A DNA stretch of 64,000 nt from a phage. Positions within the stretch are counted from its first letter, which is position 1. Each line of letters opens with the position of its first letter. The notes under the pieces were generated by a model. That model was not told the origin of the DNA, did no database searches, and was given only the letters and a program-made list of their open reading frames with translations. The position numbers were made by a program, and so were the translations under genes. The DNA lies in the sequence record PZ445515.1. One strand, given 5' to 3'. Positions 19,777 to 28,020 of the stretch are shown one piece after another.

Positions 19777-20278
19777 AGAACTGGATAACTGATGCTTTTA
19801 ACATAAAAGCTTCCGAGGTTAGTTGCGCACTGCCTAAACCACGCGGTAGTTGGTTCCAGACTAACCAACCAGTCTGCTGAATAGTTTTATTACGATTTAA
19901 CTATGTCCAGGCTAAAGAAGAACTTTAGAAGGTATTCTAGGATAGTGAAGTTCTTTCTCCATATCGGAGTAGTTTTTCAAGCTATCCACAAAGTGGGAAA
20001 TGCTGACATGAGAGATGTCACTAATGGTGCACAATAGCACAGGTAATTCGCGATAACTCCTGTTGAGTAGCAGCAAAAGGTGGGAAGTCATGACCCCAAG
20101 CCTAACCGAGTCCTCAATATACCGCAGGACATAACCACTAAGTCACCCTGACTTAAACTGGAAAATAATAGACGTTACTGTATTTTGTCTTGAAATACTT
20201 AATGAGTGAGACTTATGACTCTCCCGGTATCGTCTGTATTTTTAAGAGTTTTTACGAGAGTTCTTAAAAATACTTAAA

Positions 20279-20350
20279 CGGGGTGTAGTCTAAGGGAGAG
20301 GCAGGAGTCTTCTAAATTCCTTTATGCAGGTTCGAATCCTGTCACCTCGG
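20279..20350 (+). tRNA. tRNA-Arg (anticodon TCT)
   Basis: Acceptor cggggtg/cacctcg, anticodon loop CTTCTAA, T-loop TTCGAAT, CCA encoded. Confidence 0.8.
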
Positions 20351-20387
20351 CCAATTTTATTAACTGTAACTAAAACAAAGGAAATAT

Positions 20388-21335
20388 ATGTTTGCTACTA
20401 AAAATATGAAAGAACTGACTTCTGAGCAGAAAGTAATTCGTACTATTAAACGTTGGGGTATTGGTGCTGTAGTTGGTTTAGCAGGTTTAATCCTAGCTTT
20501 TAATTCATATACTATTGTTTCTGATGGTACGGTTAAAACCCAAACATTCCTGGGTAAAGTAGACCCTAATCCAGTATTGCCGGGCTTCCATCTTGTAAAC
20601 CCGTTTGCATCTTTCGATACTTTTAGTACAAAAGATATTGCTGTAAAATTAGATAAACTTCAGGTTCCTAGCCAGGATAAGTTTAAATCCACTGTTGACC
20701 TGACTGTTATGTTGCAGTTTGATGGTTCTAAAGCACCGATTAACCGTATTAACGCAGGTACTCAGGATCAGGCACTAGACAAGTATGTAACTGAAAAATT
20801 ACTGTCTACTATTCGTGAGTTTGGTAAGTCTGTACCTAAAGCACAAGATTTATTTGATGCTAAAATTCAGGCTCAATTGCAAACTGCAATTCAACAGGAA
20901 GTTGAAGAGTATGCGCGCCCATATGGTTACACAGTTAAGCAGGTATTCCTTCAGGATATTACCTTGCCGCCAGTAATCATGGAACAGGTACAGAATACCA
21001 AAGTTCGTGAAGAGCAAGTTAATGCTGCGAAAGCTGAACTTGCTCGCGTTGAACAGGAAGCACAGCAAAAAGTTAAACAAGCAGAAGCAGATCGTGAAGC
21101 TCGTAACAACCAAGCTATTGCTAATGAACGTGACGCAGATGCTAAACTGTACGCAGCTAAGAAAGAAGCTGAAGCTAACGCCGCATTGCAACGTACCATT
21201 ACTCCTGAAATGATTCGTTGGAAACAACTGGAAGTTGAAATGATCCGTGCTCAGAAGTATCAAGGTGGTGTACCTCAGACTGTGGTAGGTACTGGCTACG
21301 ATGGTCAAATGATCATGGATATGCGTAACAAGTAA
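20388..21335 (+). CDS. SPFH/band-7 (prohibitin/HflC-like) membrane protein
   Basis: 315 aa; N-terminal TM helix, SPFH-like core, C-terminal A/E/Q-rich coiled coil. Confidence 0.55.
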   Translation: MFATKNMKELTSEQKVIRTIKRWGIGAVVGLAGLILAFNSYTIVSDGTVKTQTFLGKVDPNPVLPGFHLVNPFASFDTFSTKDIAVKLDKLQVPSQDKFKSTVDLTVMLQFDGSKAPINRINAGTQDQALDKYVTEKLLSTIREFGKSVPKAQDLFDAKIQAQLQTAIQQEVEEYARPYGYTVKQVFLQDITLPPVIMEQVQNTKVREEQVNAAKAELARVEQEAQQKVKQAEADREARNNQAIANERDADAKLYAAKKEAEANAALQRTITPEMIRWKQLEVEMIRAQKYQGGVPQTVVGTGYDGQMIMDMRNK

Positions 21336-21358
21336 TAGTTACACGTAATCTTCGAACC

Positions 21359-21394
21359 AAGCCCGCGTTTCCTACGAGAGCGCGGGCTTTTCTG
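21359..21394 (+). terminator. rho-independent terminator
   Basis: Hairpin gcccgcg...cgcgggc followed by TTTTCTG. Confidence 0.7.
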
Positions 21395-21411
21395 TATTTA
21401 AGGCAAAAGAA

Positions 21412-21447
21412 AAAGCCCCTTACCTTTCGGCAGGGGCTTTTGTTTTT
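21412..21447 (+). terminator. bidirectional rho-independent terminator
   Basis: Hairpin agcccct...aggggct flanked by A-run upstream and T-run downstream; between convergent genes. Confidence 0.65.
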
Positions 21448-21654
21448 GGTTTAGAACCATACTCTCGGTGTACAGCAACCACCCATACGGGAGGCCAATC
21501 TTGACTGAAAATCTACTCTAGGGGGCAGGATAAGAGTAGGCTTAAAGGCAAAGGGATTGAACGCCGGTATTTGCGTAAACATTGCTGGAGAGCAACAACG
21601 TGCTACAGGCACTGGGCAGCACGAAACAGATTTTCTGCAACACATATTTCCTCC

Positions 21655-22071
21655 TTAGGAGTTACTACCCCCATTTTGAGCTTTTGCAACTTGGCTTTGG
21701 CAGAAGCTATTAAACTTACCCATAAGTGATACAAGCTGTTTCCCATCCTCTGTCTTTGCGAAGTCTTCGAAAAGGGCTAGTACTGCCTGTCCTTCCGCAG
21801 AAACCTGCGGTTGTTGGGTTTGTTGCTGAACTTGCTGCTGAGGCACCTGTTGCTGCATTTGTTGAGGCATTTGCGACTGCCCGCTCATTTGCTGCATCAT
21901 TTGCATAGGACTCACACTTCCAGGGTTTTGCTGGAGTTGTTGCTGCATCTGTTGCGCTTCTGCTAAACGCTGTTGCAACTGTTGTAAGTAGGGGTTATCC
22001 AGACCCGGAATGGGCTGCTGGGAGCCCATACTTTGATTAAGTCCGTTATTTACAAAACCATATTTACTCAT
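21655..22071 (-). CDS. glutamine-rich low-complexity protein
   Basis: 138 aa; central Q-rich tract QQMQQQLQQ...QQVQQQTQQPQ; opposite strand to neighbours. Confidence 0.5.
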   Translation of the reverse strand: MSKYGFVNNGLNQSMGSQQPIPGLDNPYLQQLQQRLAEAQQMQQQLQQNPGSVSPMQMMQQMSGQSQMPQQMQQQVPQQQVQQQTQQPQVSAEGQAVLALFEDFAKTEDGKQLVSLMGKFNSFCQSQVAKAQNGGSNS

Positions 22072-22092
22072 AATGGGCTCCTCCCCTTAATA

Positions 22093-23082
22093 TTAAGCCG
22101 GCAGTTTAGCCTGCAGACCAGCCAGAGTCTGAGTGATAGCACCAAGACTTAAAGCGATTTGATTAATTACCTGACCGTTAGCACCGCTACCCGCAGCGAT
22201 TGCTTCACGTAGGCGACATGCGTCTAACTCATCCTGGATACGCGCAGTAGTTACACCAGCGATCGCAGTCTGAAGTTCACAGCAACATTCAGCGATCTGA
22301 CGTTCCAGAGAGTTCTGGTTAGCACACATCTGAGCCTGAACAGCGGCAAACTGGTTATTAGTTTGTAAAGTCTGCTGGAAAGCGATCTGTGCAGAATCAA
22401 ACTTATCTTGTGCACGAGCTATCTGGTTAGCTGCGAAAGATTGATCAATCTGGCGAGAAAGATCGAACTGACCCTGAATAACGTTGCGAGTTTCCTGGCA
22501 GATCTGATTAGACAGATTAGCACCTGTACCGTAGATCGTAGTTAGTACAGACTGAGTATCACGGCTCTGGTTTTGGGTTGTCTGGCTAAAACCATTGTTA
22601 ACTGCGCTTAAAACAGCTCCAGTACCCTGGTTAGCCTCTGTACGAGTAGTGTTGATAGCTGCTAGAATACTAGCGGTATCTTGGTTCTGAAGTACTGCAT
22701 CAACTGCGGTACCTTCACCAACTACACCACGTCCACCGAATCCACCGAAACCACCGAATCCGCCGGTTAATAGAGCACCGATTAGGATAGCTCCGAATAG
22801 TCCCATACCTTCACCACCGAAAGCACCTGCGTTTGCTGGGTAACCACCCAGTAGGCCAGGGAAGCCACTAGTGAATACGTTTACTGGTTCTTGCATTTTA
22901 TGTTTTCCATATTTATGACAATGTTCATCATCGTCATCTTCTTCTTCATCATCGTGTTCACGATGTTTTTCTTCGTAGGCTCTGACCTTCTCCCACTTTT
23001 TCTTATCTGATTCCTCGTGACGGTGCAGTTCTGCTGCAACGCTAGCGACGGTCTCAGGACTCTTAGCTACTTCTTCTGTCAT
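22093..23082 (-). CDS. low-complexity protein (acidic tract, Gly-rich repeat, Q/N/T/A-rich domain)
   Basis: Start at internal ATG 23082 with AGGAGG RBS; EEEDDDDEH, GGFGGFGGFGG, then long Q/N/A-rich region. Confidence 0.5.
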   Translation of the reverse strand: MTEEVAKSPETVASVAAELHRHEESDKKKWEKVRAYEEKHREHDDEEEDDDDEHCHKYGKHKMQEPVNVFTSGFPGLLGGYPANAGAFGGEGMGLFGAILIGALLTGGFGGFGGFGGRGVVGEGTAVDAVLQNQDTASILAAINTTRTEANQGTGAVLSAVNNGFSQTTQNQSRDTQSVLTTIYGTGANLSNQICQETRNVIQGQFDLSRQIDQSFAANQIARAQDKFDSAQIAFQQTLQTNNQFAAVQAQMCANQNSLERQIAECCCELQTAIAGVTTARIQDELDACRLREAIAAGSGANGQVINQIALSLGAITQTLAGLQAKLPA

Positions 23083-23289
23083 ATTTTGACACCTCCTAGT
23101 ATATAGAAAATGTGTGTCTCTTTGATCACTCATCCATAACATATACTTTACACTACCCCAGCGAAAATGTCAAGGGGTCTTTAAAAATTGCCCCCGGATT
23201 TTTAGTGGGGTCACAAATTTTGGTCCTCCCCACTTATCTGCTACCCTTAAGTGCCCTATGATTTTCCTCTAAAAAGTTAAAAAATTTGA

Positions 23290-23318
23290 TTGCTTGAATG
23301 CTAAATTCTCTGTATAAT
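23290..23318 (+). promoter_or_regulatory. T5-type early promoter
   Basis: TTGCTT -35, 17 bp, TATAAT -10. Confidence 0.6.
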
Positions 23319-23348
23319 ATATCTATAAATTTGAGAGAGGAACCAAAT

Positions 23349-23867
23349 ATGAATGTTGATGAGCTAACACAGCACCTCTTATCCAGAGGATTTGATACAG
23401 ATAAATATCATTGCTGGTTAAGTCCGGAAGGATGGCTAACAGTCCCGTTGTATGACTTCTCCGGGATGTTGCGAGGCTATCAGACGTATAATCCTTCTGC
23501 TCCAAAAGGTCATGGTAAGTGTCCCTTTGAAGCTAAATATTTTACTTATTCTACTACCCAGTGTGTATGGGGACTAGAAACTCTCAATGGAGATGAAAAA
23601 GTAGTATTGATCGCTGAATCTGTATTTAAGGCAGTTGCGCTACATAACGCTGGTTATCCAGCCCTGGCAATGTTAGGTTCTTCTCCAGGAAAAGCGTTAT
23701 TAAAGCAACTGAAATTATTACCTTTTAAATTGGTAGCTGTCGGAGACAACGATCCTGCGGGTGAAAAATTTGCTAGAAAATTAAACGGCTTTGTTTCTCC
23801 CGTAGATGTGGATGAGATGTCTACCGAAAACTTGAAAAATTTTCTTGCTATGAAGCTAAATTTCTAA
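23349..23867 (+). CDS. hypothetical protein with Toprim-like motif
   Basis: 172 aa from ATG 23349; VVLIAESVFKAV...VGDNDPAGEKFA resembles Toprim fold; tentative. Confidence 0.35.
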   Translation: MNVDELTQHLLSRGFDTDKYHCWLSPEGWLTVPLYDFSGMLRGYQTYNPSAPKGHGKCPFEAKYFTYSTTQCVWGLETLNGDEKVVLIAESVFKAVALHNAGYPALAMLGSSPGKALLKQLKLLPFKLVAVGDNDPAGEKFARKLNGFVSPVDVDEMSTENLKNFLAMKLNF

Positions 23868-23873
23868 TATAAT
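23845..23873 (+). promoter_or_regulatory. T5-type promoter overlapping CDS end, driving tRNA cluster
   Basis: TTGCTA -35, 17 bp, TATAAT -10. Confidence 0.5.
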
Positions 23874-23888
23874 ATATCTTATAAATTC

Positions 23889-23974
23889 GGAAGAATAGCA
23901 TAACGGTATTGCAGCAGATTGCTAATCTGTCGGTTTGAAATATAGCCTTGTGGGTTCGATTCCCACTTCTTCCG
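23889..23974 (+). tRNA. tRNA-Ser (anticodon GCT)
   Basis: Acceptor ggaagaa/ttcttcc, anticodon loop TTGCTAA, long variable arm, T-loop TTCGATT, CCA encoded. Confidence 0.8.
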
Positions 23975-23983
23975 CCAAATTCT

Positions 23984-24058
23984 GGTTCTCAAGCTCATAT
24001 GGTATGAGCACCCGGCTCATAACCGGAAGGTACGTAGGTTCGAATCCTCGGGGAGCCA
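23984..24058 (+). tRNA. tRNA-Met/Ile2 (anticodon CAT)
   Basis: Acceptor ggttctc/gggagcc, D-stem gctc/gagc, anticodon loop CTCATAA, CCA encoded; T-stem imperfect. Confidence 0.7.
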
Positions 24059-24081
24059 CCAACTTAATTAGGGGATTACAA

Positions 24082-24270
24082 GTGGAATTATACATAGTTT
24101 ATGTTGTATTTATTCAAGATAGAGAATACCCGGATGAATATAAAAAAGGATATAGGTTAGCCAGAGCTACCTCTGAGGCCCAAGCTATGGATAAAGTGGC
24201 AGATTATATGATTATGGTAGAAAACGTATACTATATCGACTCCCTTGAAGCCTCAAAAGTAATTGACTAA
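24082..24270 (+). CDS. hypothetical small protein
   Basis: GTG start after AGGGGA; longer ORF-track version would overlap two tRNAs. Confidence 0.35.
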   Translation: MELYIVYVVFIQDREYPDEYKKGYRLARATSEAQAMDKVADYMIMVENVYYIDSLEASKVID

Positions 24271-24279
24271 GGAGACTAT

Positions 24280-24465
24280 ATGTCCAAGTTTCAAGAACTC
24301 AAGCAAGAGCTAGAAGAATGTGCCTGCCCTGAGTGTAGGGGAATTGGTGAAAGTTCTGATGCAGAAGCAGGAGATACTTTTTGCAATATCTGGATTTGTT
24401 CAAATTGCAACGGTACAGGTATTAATCCTAACTGCGGTGTTTCCCTAGATATTGAACGAGGATAA
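24280..24465 (+). CDS. small Cys-rich (zinc-ribbon-like) protein
   Basis: 61 aa; CPEC...CSNC pairs. Confidence 0.5.
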   Translation: MSKFQELKQELEECACPECRGIGESSDAEAGDTFCNIWICSNCNGTGINPNCGVSLDIERG

Positions 24466-24566
24466 TACCTGTGAAACTAAAAGATTATTATATTGGTTGG
24501 TTTGTGGGACTAGTAGTAGGATTTTCACTAGGCTATAATATGTATCAACTAATAAACTGATTACAT

Positions 24567-24640
24567 GGGGGTGTAATCGAATTGGTATAGGTACTGGACT
24601 TAAAATTCAGGTTTTGTGGGTTCGAATCCCACCACCCCTA
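24567..24640 (+). tRNA. tRNA with anticodon TAA (Leu-type anticodon, short variable arm)
   Basis: Acceptor gggggtg/cacccct, anticodon stem ctgga/ttcag loop CTTAAAA, T-loop TTCGAAT, CCA encoded. Confidence 0.65.
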
Positions 24641-24658
24641 CCAACTTAAGGAAATAAG

Positions 24659-24826
24659 ATGTATAGACATCCACCTCCGCCAACACGTCGTTCTAGAGAA
24701 GTTATCCTCATGGAATTGACGAAAAACTTCAAGGCAACTCTTGAAGATAGAGATCTAGGCACAGATGAAGACATTGATTTTATTTGTAGACTATTAAACA
24801 TGAAACTGGAGAAACAACATGGCTAA
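24659..24826 (+). CDS. hypothetical small protein
   Basis: 55 aa ORF right after tRNA; stop overlaps next ATG. Confidence 0.4.
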   Translation: MYRHPPPPTRRSREVILMELTKNFKATLEDRDLGTDEDIDFICRLLNMKLEKQHG

Positions 24827-25025
24827 TCCCGAAATTACCGCACAACGTTTCATGCTTAAAGGCATGATTGCTGAGGCAGGTATGACTCAAGAGGTTGCAG
24901 ACTTTCATAAGCAATTTCTTGATATTATAACCCTAGCTAAAGAGACAGGAGAAAGAGAACACGGAGCAGCAATTATGGCTATATCTCTTATTAGCCTAGA
25001 CTTAGCTGAAGAATCTGGAGTTTAG
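24819..25025 (+). CDS. hypothetical protein
   Basis: 68 aa ORF. Confidence 0.5.
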   Translation: MANPEITAQRFMLKGMIAEAGMTQEVADFHKQFLDIITLAKETGEREHGAAIMAISLISLDLAEESGV

Positions 25026-25055
25026 CTCCTCCAAACAGAATTTTTAAAAATGTAC

Positions 25056-25085
25056 TTGCCTTTTGCTTTAAATTTCTGGTATAAT
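25056..25085 (+). promoter_or_regulatory. T5-type early promoter
   Basis: TTGCCT -35, 18 bp, TATAAT -10. Confidence 0.5.
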
Positions 25086-25115
25086 AGTTATATAAATTGA
25101 TGAAGGAGTTAACGA

Positions 25116-25391
25116 ATGCAAAATCGTGTTATAGCAACTGGTATTGAAAGTGCAATCTGTAAATCCTGGGAAGGCTGGGAAGGTGAGATTGAATGGCTTT
25201 ATTTCTACGATGTAGAACTTCTGCCGGAAGTTAAAGCTAAATGTATTGAAGCTGGCATGGCTCCAGATGCAAAAGCTGATATTGATATTTCAATGTCTGA
25301 ACTTAAAGGTCGTGTAATTACTGTTAGTGATGAGGGCGAAGAAGTTTTCGAACTTCCATTCTCCTTAACTGTCGCTCCTAAGTTCGACTAA
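25116..25391 (+). CDS. hypothetical acidic protein
   Basis: 91 aa ORF. Confidence 0.5.
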   Translation: MQNRVIATGIESAICKSWEGWEGEIEWLYFYDVELLPEVKAKCIEAGMAPDAKADIDISMSELKGRVITVSDEGEEVFELPFSLTVAPKFD

Positions 25392-25427
25392 CTAATACAG
25401 CACTGAGCAAGTTCTTTAAAATTTGAC

Positions 25428-25456
25428 TTGCTCAGTGCCATAAAACTTGATATAAT
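25428..25456 (+). promoter_or_regulatory. T5-type early promoter
   Basis: TTGACT/TTGCTC -35, 17 bp, TATAAT -10. Confidence 0.55.
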
Positions 25457-25519
25457 AGTTATCTAATTTGGAAACATATCTAAAAGTGTTTAAACTAGTA
25501 TTTGAATACTTTTAAATAT

Positions 25520-25607
25520 GTTGGATTAGTATCGTAGAGGTAGCGAAGCAGACTGTAAATCTGCCGACTCGGAAGGGTCTCGGGTGGTTCGACTCCATCA
25601 TCCAACA
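25520..25607 (+). tRNA. tRNA-Tyr (anticodon GTA)
   Basis: Acceptor gttggat/atccaac, anticodon stem gcaga/tctgc loop CTGTAAA, long variable arm, T-loop TTCGACT, CCA encoded. Confidence 0.8.
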
Positions 25608-25617
25608 CCAAATTTAA

Positions 25618-25691
25618 GTCCTGTTAGACAAACTGGTAAAGTCACTACCCTTTCAAGGTAGGATTTGCGGGTTCGATCCCCGCACAGGACG
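25618..25691 (+). tRNA. tRNA-Glu (anticodon TTC)
   Basis: Acceptor gtcctgt/acaggac, anticodon stem ctacc/ggtag loop CTTTCAA, T-loop TTCGATC, CCA encoded. Confidence 0.8.
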
Positions 25692-25699
25692 CCAATTCC

Positions 25700-25776
25700 T
25701 GCATTCCTAGAGTGTTACTGGACAGCATGTCGGTCTCCAAAACCGTACGGTCTAGGTTCGAGTCCTAGTAGGTTTG
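25700..25776 (+). tRNA. tRNA-like, probable tRNA-Trp (anticodon CCA); 5' boundary uncertain
   Basis: Anticodon arm cggtCTCCAAAaccg like E. coli tRNA-Trp, T-arm ctagg-TTCGAGT-cctag, CCA encoded; acceptor pairing not found. Confidence 0.4.
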
Positions 25777-25785
25777 CCAAAATTT

Positions 25786-25857
25786 GCACCTTTAGCTGAG
25801 ATGGATTAGCGCTTGCCTGAAGAGCTTGAGAGGTTCGTTCGATACGAACAGGGTGCA
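25786..25857 (+). tRNA. tRNA (anticodon probably GAA, Phe)
   Basis: Acceptor gcacctt/agggtgc, T-arm gttcg-TTCGATA-cgaac, CCA encoded; anticodon stem imperfect. Confidence 0.6.
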
Positions 25858-26142
25858 CCAAATTGAGGGAGCTGCTGATGCACCCTGAAAACTTCTTTAT
25901 TTACTGCGCGGATAAGTTGCTGAAACGTAGAATTAACAAAGTCTATCATTATCGTGCTAGTCAACAGCCTTATGTATACGCTTTTGACGGTGATCACATT
26001 CCATTAGAACAATTATCCTGTGATTACATGATATTGAAGAACTTTGACGAGACAAAGATCTCAAGCGTTCATAATCGACAGAATCCCTTAACGTGGAAAT
26101 ATAAGAAGAAAAAGAAAGGCATCAAATTTTTAAAAAATGTAG

Positions 26143-26171
26143 TTGCTTAGTTTCCAAAAGTTCTGTATAAT
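26143..26171 (+). promoter_or_regulatory. T5-type early promoter
   Basis: TTGCTT -35, 17 bp, TATAAT -10. Confidence 0.6.
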
Positions 26172-26219
26172 AATTACATAAATTGAACTGGAGAAGCAAC
26201 ATGACAGAACAAGATAAAT

Positions 26220-26292
26220 CGACCGTTGGCTGAATGGCTTAGGCGAAGGATTGCAAATCCTTTTTATGTGAGTTCAAATCTCATGCGGTCGT
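26220..26292 (+). tRNA. tRNA-Cys (anticodon GCA)
   Basis: Acceptor cgaccgt/gcggtcg, anticodon stem aagga/tcctt loop TTGCAAA, T-loop TTCAAAT, CCA encoded. Confidence 0.8.
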
Positions 26293-26297
26293 CCAAT

Positions 26298-26438
26298 TTG
26301 CTGAAAGAGTTGTTAAATCAATTCAGGCACGCGTAGGAACACTGTCTCCGTAATTGAAAGATGAGGCACGGTTTGGAGAGGTATGCCGCTACACGCTACG
26401 GTGCTAACTCCGTCTAGGTGAAAATCCTAGTCAGCAAT
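26298..26438 (+). ncRNA. tRNA-like / stable-RNA candidate (about 140 nt)
   Basis: 7-nt ends ttgctga/tcagcaa complementary, T-arm-like ctagg-TGAAAAT-cctag at 3' side; no CCA; too long for tRNA. Confidence 0.25.
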
Positions 26439-26447
26439 ATAAATTTA

Positions 26448-26527
26448 GGGTCGTTAGCCAAGCGGTTTGGCGGTGGACTGTTAATCCATGTCGAAAGACA
26501 ACGTAGGTTCGAATCCTACACGGCCCG
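26448..26527 (+). tRNA. tRNA with anticodon GTT (Asn-type) and unusually long variable arm
   Basis: Acceptor gggtcgt/acggccc, D-stem gcca/tggc, anticodon stem gtgga/tccat loop CTGTTAA, T-loop TTCGAAT, CCA encoded. Confidence 0.65.
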
Positions 26528-26632
26528 CCAAATTCTGTGTAGAGTTAAGTAAACCGGTAGCCAACCAGCTATCATTGCTGACATCGAATTCAGTCACAGA
26601 TACCATTTTCATTAATAACTGAGGAAACAAGC

Positions 26633-26818
26633 ATGTCCAAGAATGTAATTGCACAGCTAGAAGTTCATCGTGATAGCACTATCAACAATATTGAAGTTGA
26701 GAAGAAATACATCGAAGAACTTAAACATGATATACTAGTAAGTCTCAACCGTCTTAATGTACGAAAAAAGTTTCTTAAAGAACTTAATGCAGCTATTGAA
26801 AAACTCAAAGCTGAGTAA
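26633..26818 (+). CDS. hypothetical small coiled-coil protein
   Basis: 61 aa ORF. Confidence 0.5.
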   Translation: MSKNVIAQLEVHRDSTINNIEVEKKYIEELKHDILVSLNRLNVRKKFLKELNAAIEKLKAE

Positions 26819-26827
26819 ATGAATTAT

Positions 26828-26901
26828 GCGACCGGGGCTGGCTTGGTAATGGTACTCCCCTGTCACGGGAGGGAATGTGGGTTCAAATCCCATCGGTCGC
26901 G
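26828..26901 (+). tRNA. tRNA-Asp (anticodon GTC)
   Basis: Acceptor gcgaccg/cggtcgc, anticodon stem ctccc/gggag loop CTGTCAC, T-loop TTCAAAT, CCA encoded. Confidence 0.8.
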
Positions 26902-26930
26902 CCAAATTAAACTAGTACGAGAAATATGCT

Positions 26931-27278
26931 ATGATTAATGCTAAAGAAGAATTGTTACTTGCCTTAAAGAATATTAATTCTGAAGTTAAGTGTATTAAGA
27001 TAGAATTCGGTTATTATGGGGACAAAGAAGTTTGGGTGTTACCCGTAGGTTATACAGAAAAAGATATTGAAGATTTTCTAAATAATCTAGACTTTAAATA
27101 TGATTCTGGTTTCGGTGGGCAATTGCTTTATGGTAACGTGTGGTTTACTGATGGAACTTGGTTAGAACGTGGTGAATACGACGGTTCTGAATGGTGGGAA
27201 TATAAGGCTACACCAGCAATCCCAGAAGAATGCCGAACAATTAATGGTGAAGTAGATAATACTTTACGGTTAAACTAA
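26931..27278 (+). CDS. hypothetical protein
   Basis: 115 aa ORF. Confidence 0.55.
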   Translation: MINAKEELLLALKNINSEVKCIKIEFGYYGDKEVWVLPVGYTEKDIEDFLNNLDFKYDSGFGGQLLYGNVWFTDGTWLERGEYDGSEWWEYKATPAIPEECRTINGEVDNTLRLN

Positions 27279-27670
27279 TAAAATTTCAGTGCAGAACACG
27301 GAGCTAGCAATTCGGAAGTGCTGACTCATGATAAGCTGCCTATGTACTTGCGAAGCGGTCGTGTCCAAGACTCGGACTCTTGCACTGAAAACAATCAAAC
27401 ATTCTAGCGTGGTTGATGGGGAAACCAGCTTGGCGAGGGCAGAAGCTCGTTCGATTCGAGTGAAAGAATGGTTCTCGTAAGTCCGCACAAGTGATAACAG
27501 GTTCGAGTCCTGTCTAGAATGACACTATAAAGTTTACTTATTATGTAGGTTCCGATAGATCGGCGGGTCTATTCTGGCACTTAAGAGAGGTCTCGCAAAC
27601 TTCTTTGTCAGCCGTGGGGTTGGTAGCCTCCAGGTGGCCTACACAATAAGTAAATTTATTAAAAATTCAT

Positions 27671-27699
27671 TTGCTATTATGCTTAATTCTCTGTATAAT
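27671..27699 (+). promoter_or_regulatory. T5-type early promoter
   Basis: TTGCTA -35, 17 bp, TATAAT -10. Confidence 0.6.
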
Positions 27700-27731
27700 A
27701 TACCTTATAAAGTGTTGAGAAGGAAAGCAAA

Positions 27732-27929
27732 ATGAAAAAAGTTTTACTGCTGTCTGTATTCCTACTTACTGGTTGTTTTAAACTTGACTCAACCATTAAT
27801 AAAGAGTATGAATTTGCTAAAAATTTCTGTGGCGGAGAGAGTAATATAAAGAATTTCTACATATATAGTACAATTCCTAGTACCGTTTATTGTGTAGACG
27901 GACGAATTATTAATATTCCTCCACAATAA
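27732..27929 (+). CDS. small putative lipoprotein
   Basis: 65 aa; signal peptide with lipobox LLTGC. Confidence 0.5.
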   Translation: MKKVLLLSVFLLTGCFKLDSTINKEYEFAKNFCGGESNIKNFYIYSTIPSTVYCVDGRIINIPPQ

Positions 27930-27938
27930 AAGAATTAA

Positions 27939-28011
27939 CAGTGCGTAGCGCAGTTGGTAGCGTGGGAGCCTTGGATGCTTCGGGTCGCAGGTTCGAGTCC
28001 TGCCGCACTGA
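27939..28011 (+). tRNA. tRNA-Pro (anticodon TGG)
   Basis: Standard 73-nt cloverleaf: acceptor cagtgcg/cgcactg, D-stem gcgc/gcgt, anticodon loop CTTGGAT, T-loop TTCGAGT, CCA encoded. Confidence 0.85.
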
Positions 28012-28020
28012 CCAAACAAT

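Noticed and set aside
20850-21308. Antisense and alternative-frame ORFs inside the SPFH gene (20850-21308, 20951-21199, 21007-21213)
   Set aside because: Products of repetitive coiled-coil coding sequence read in other frames; no RBS
21451-21645. 64-aa minus-strand Cys-rich ORF
   Set aside because: Sits just downstream of the terminator hairpins between convergent transcription units; no RBS
23935-24270. 111-aa plus-strand ORF as given in the ORF track
   Set aside because: Its 5' two-thirds overlaps tRNA-Ser and tRNA-Met; only the 3' part from GTG 24082 is kept as a possible small gene
26531-26632. Possible tRNA between tRNA(GTT) and the 26633 gene, with anticodon-loop TCA
   Set aside because: Acceptor pairs 6/7 but T-arm and D-arm cannot be folded canonically and no CCA is encoded; would imply an opal-suppressor-type tRNA, too speculative
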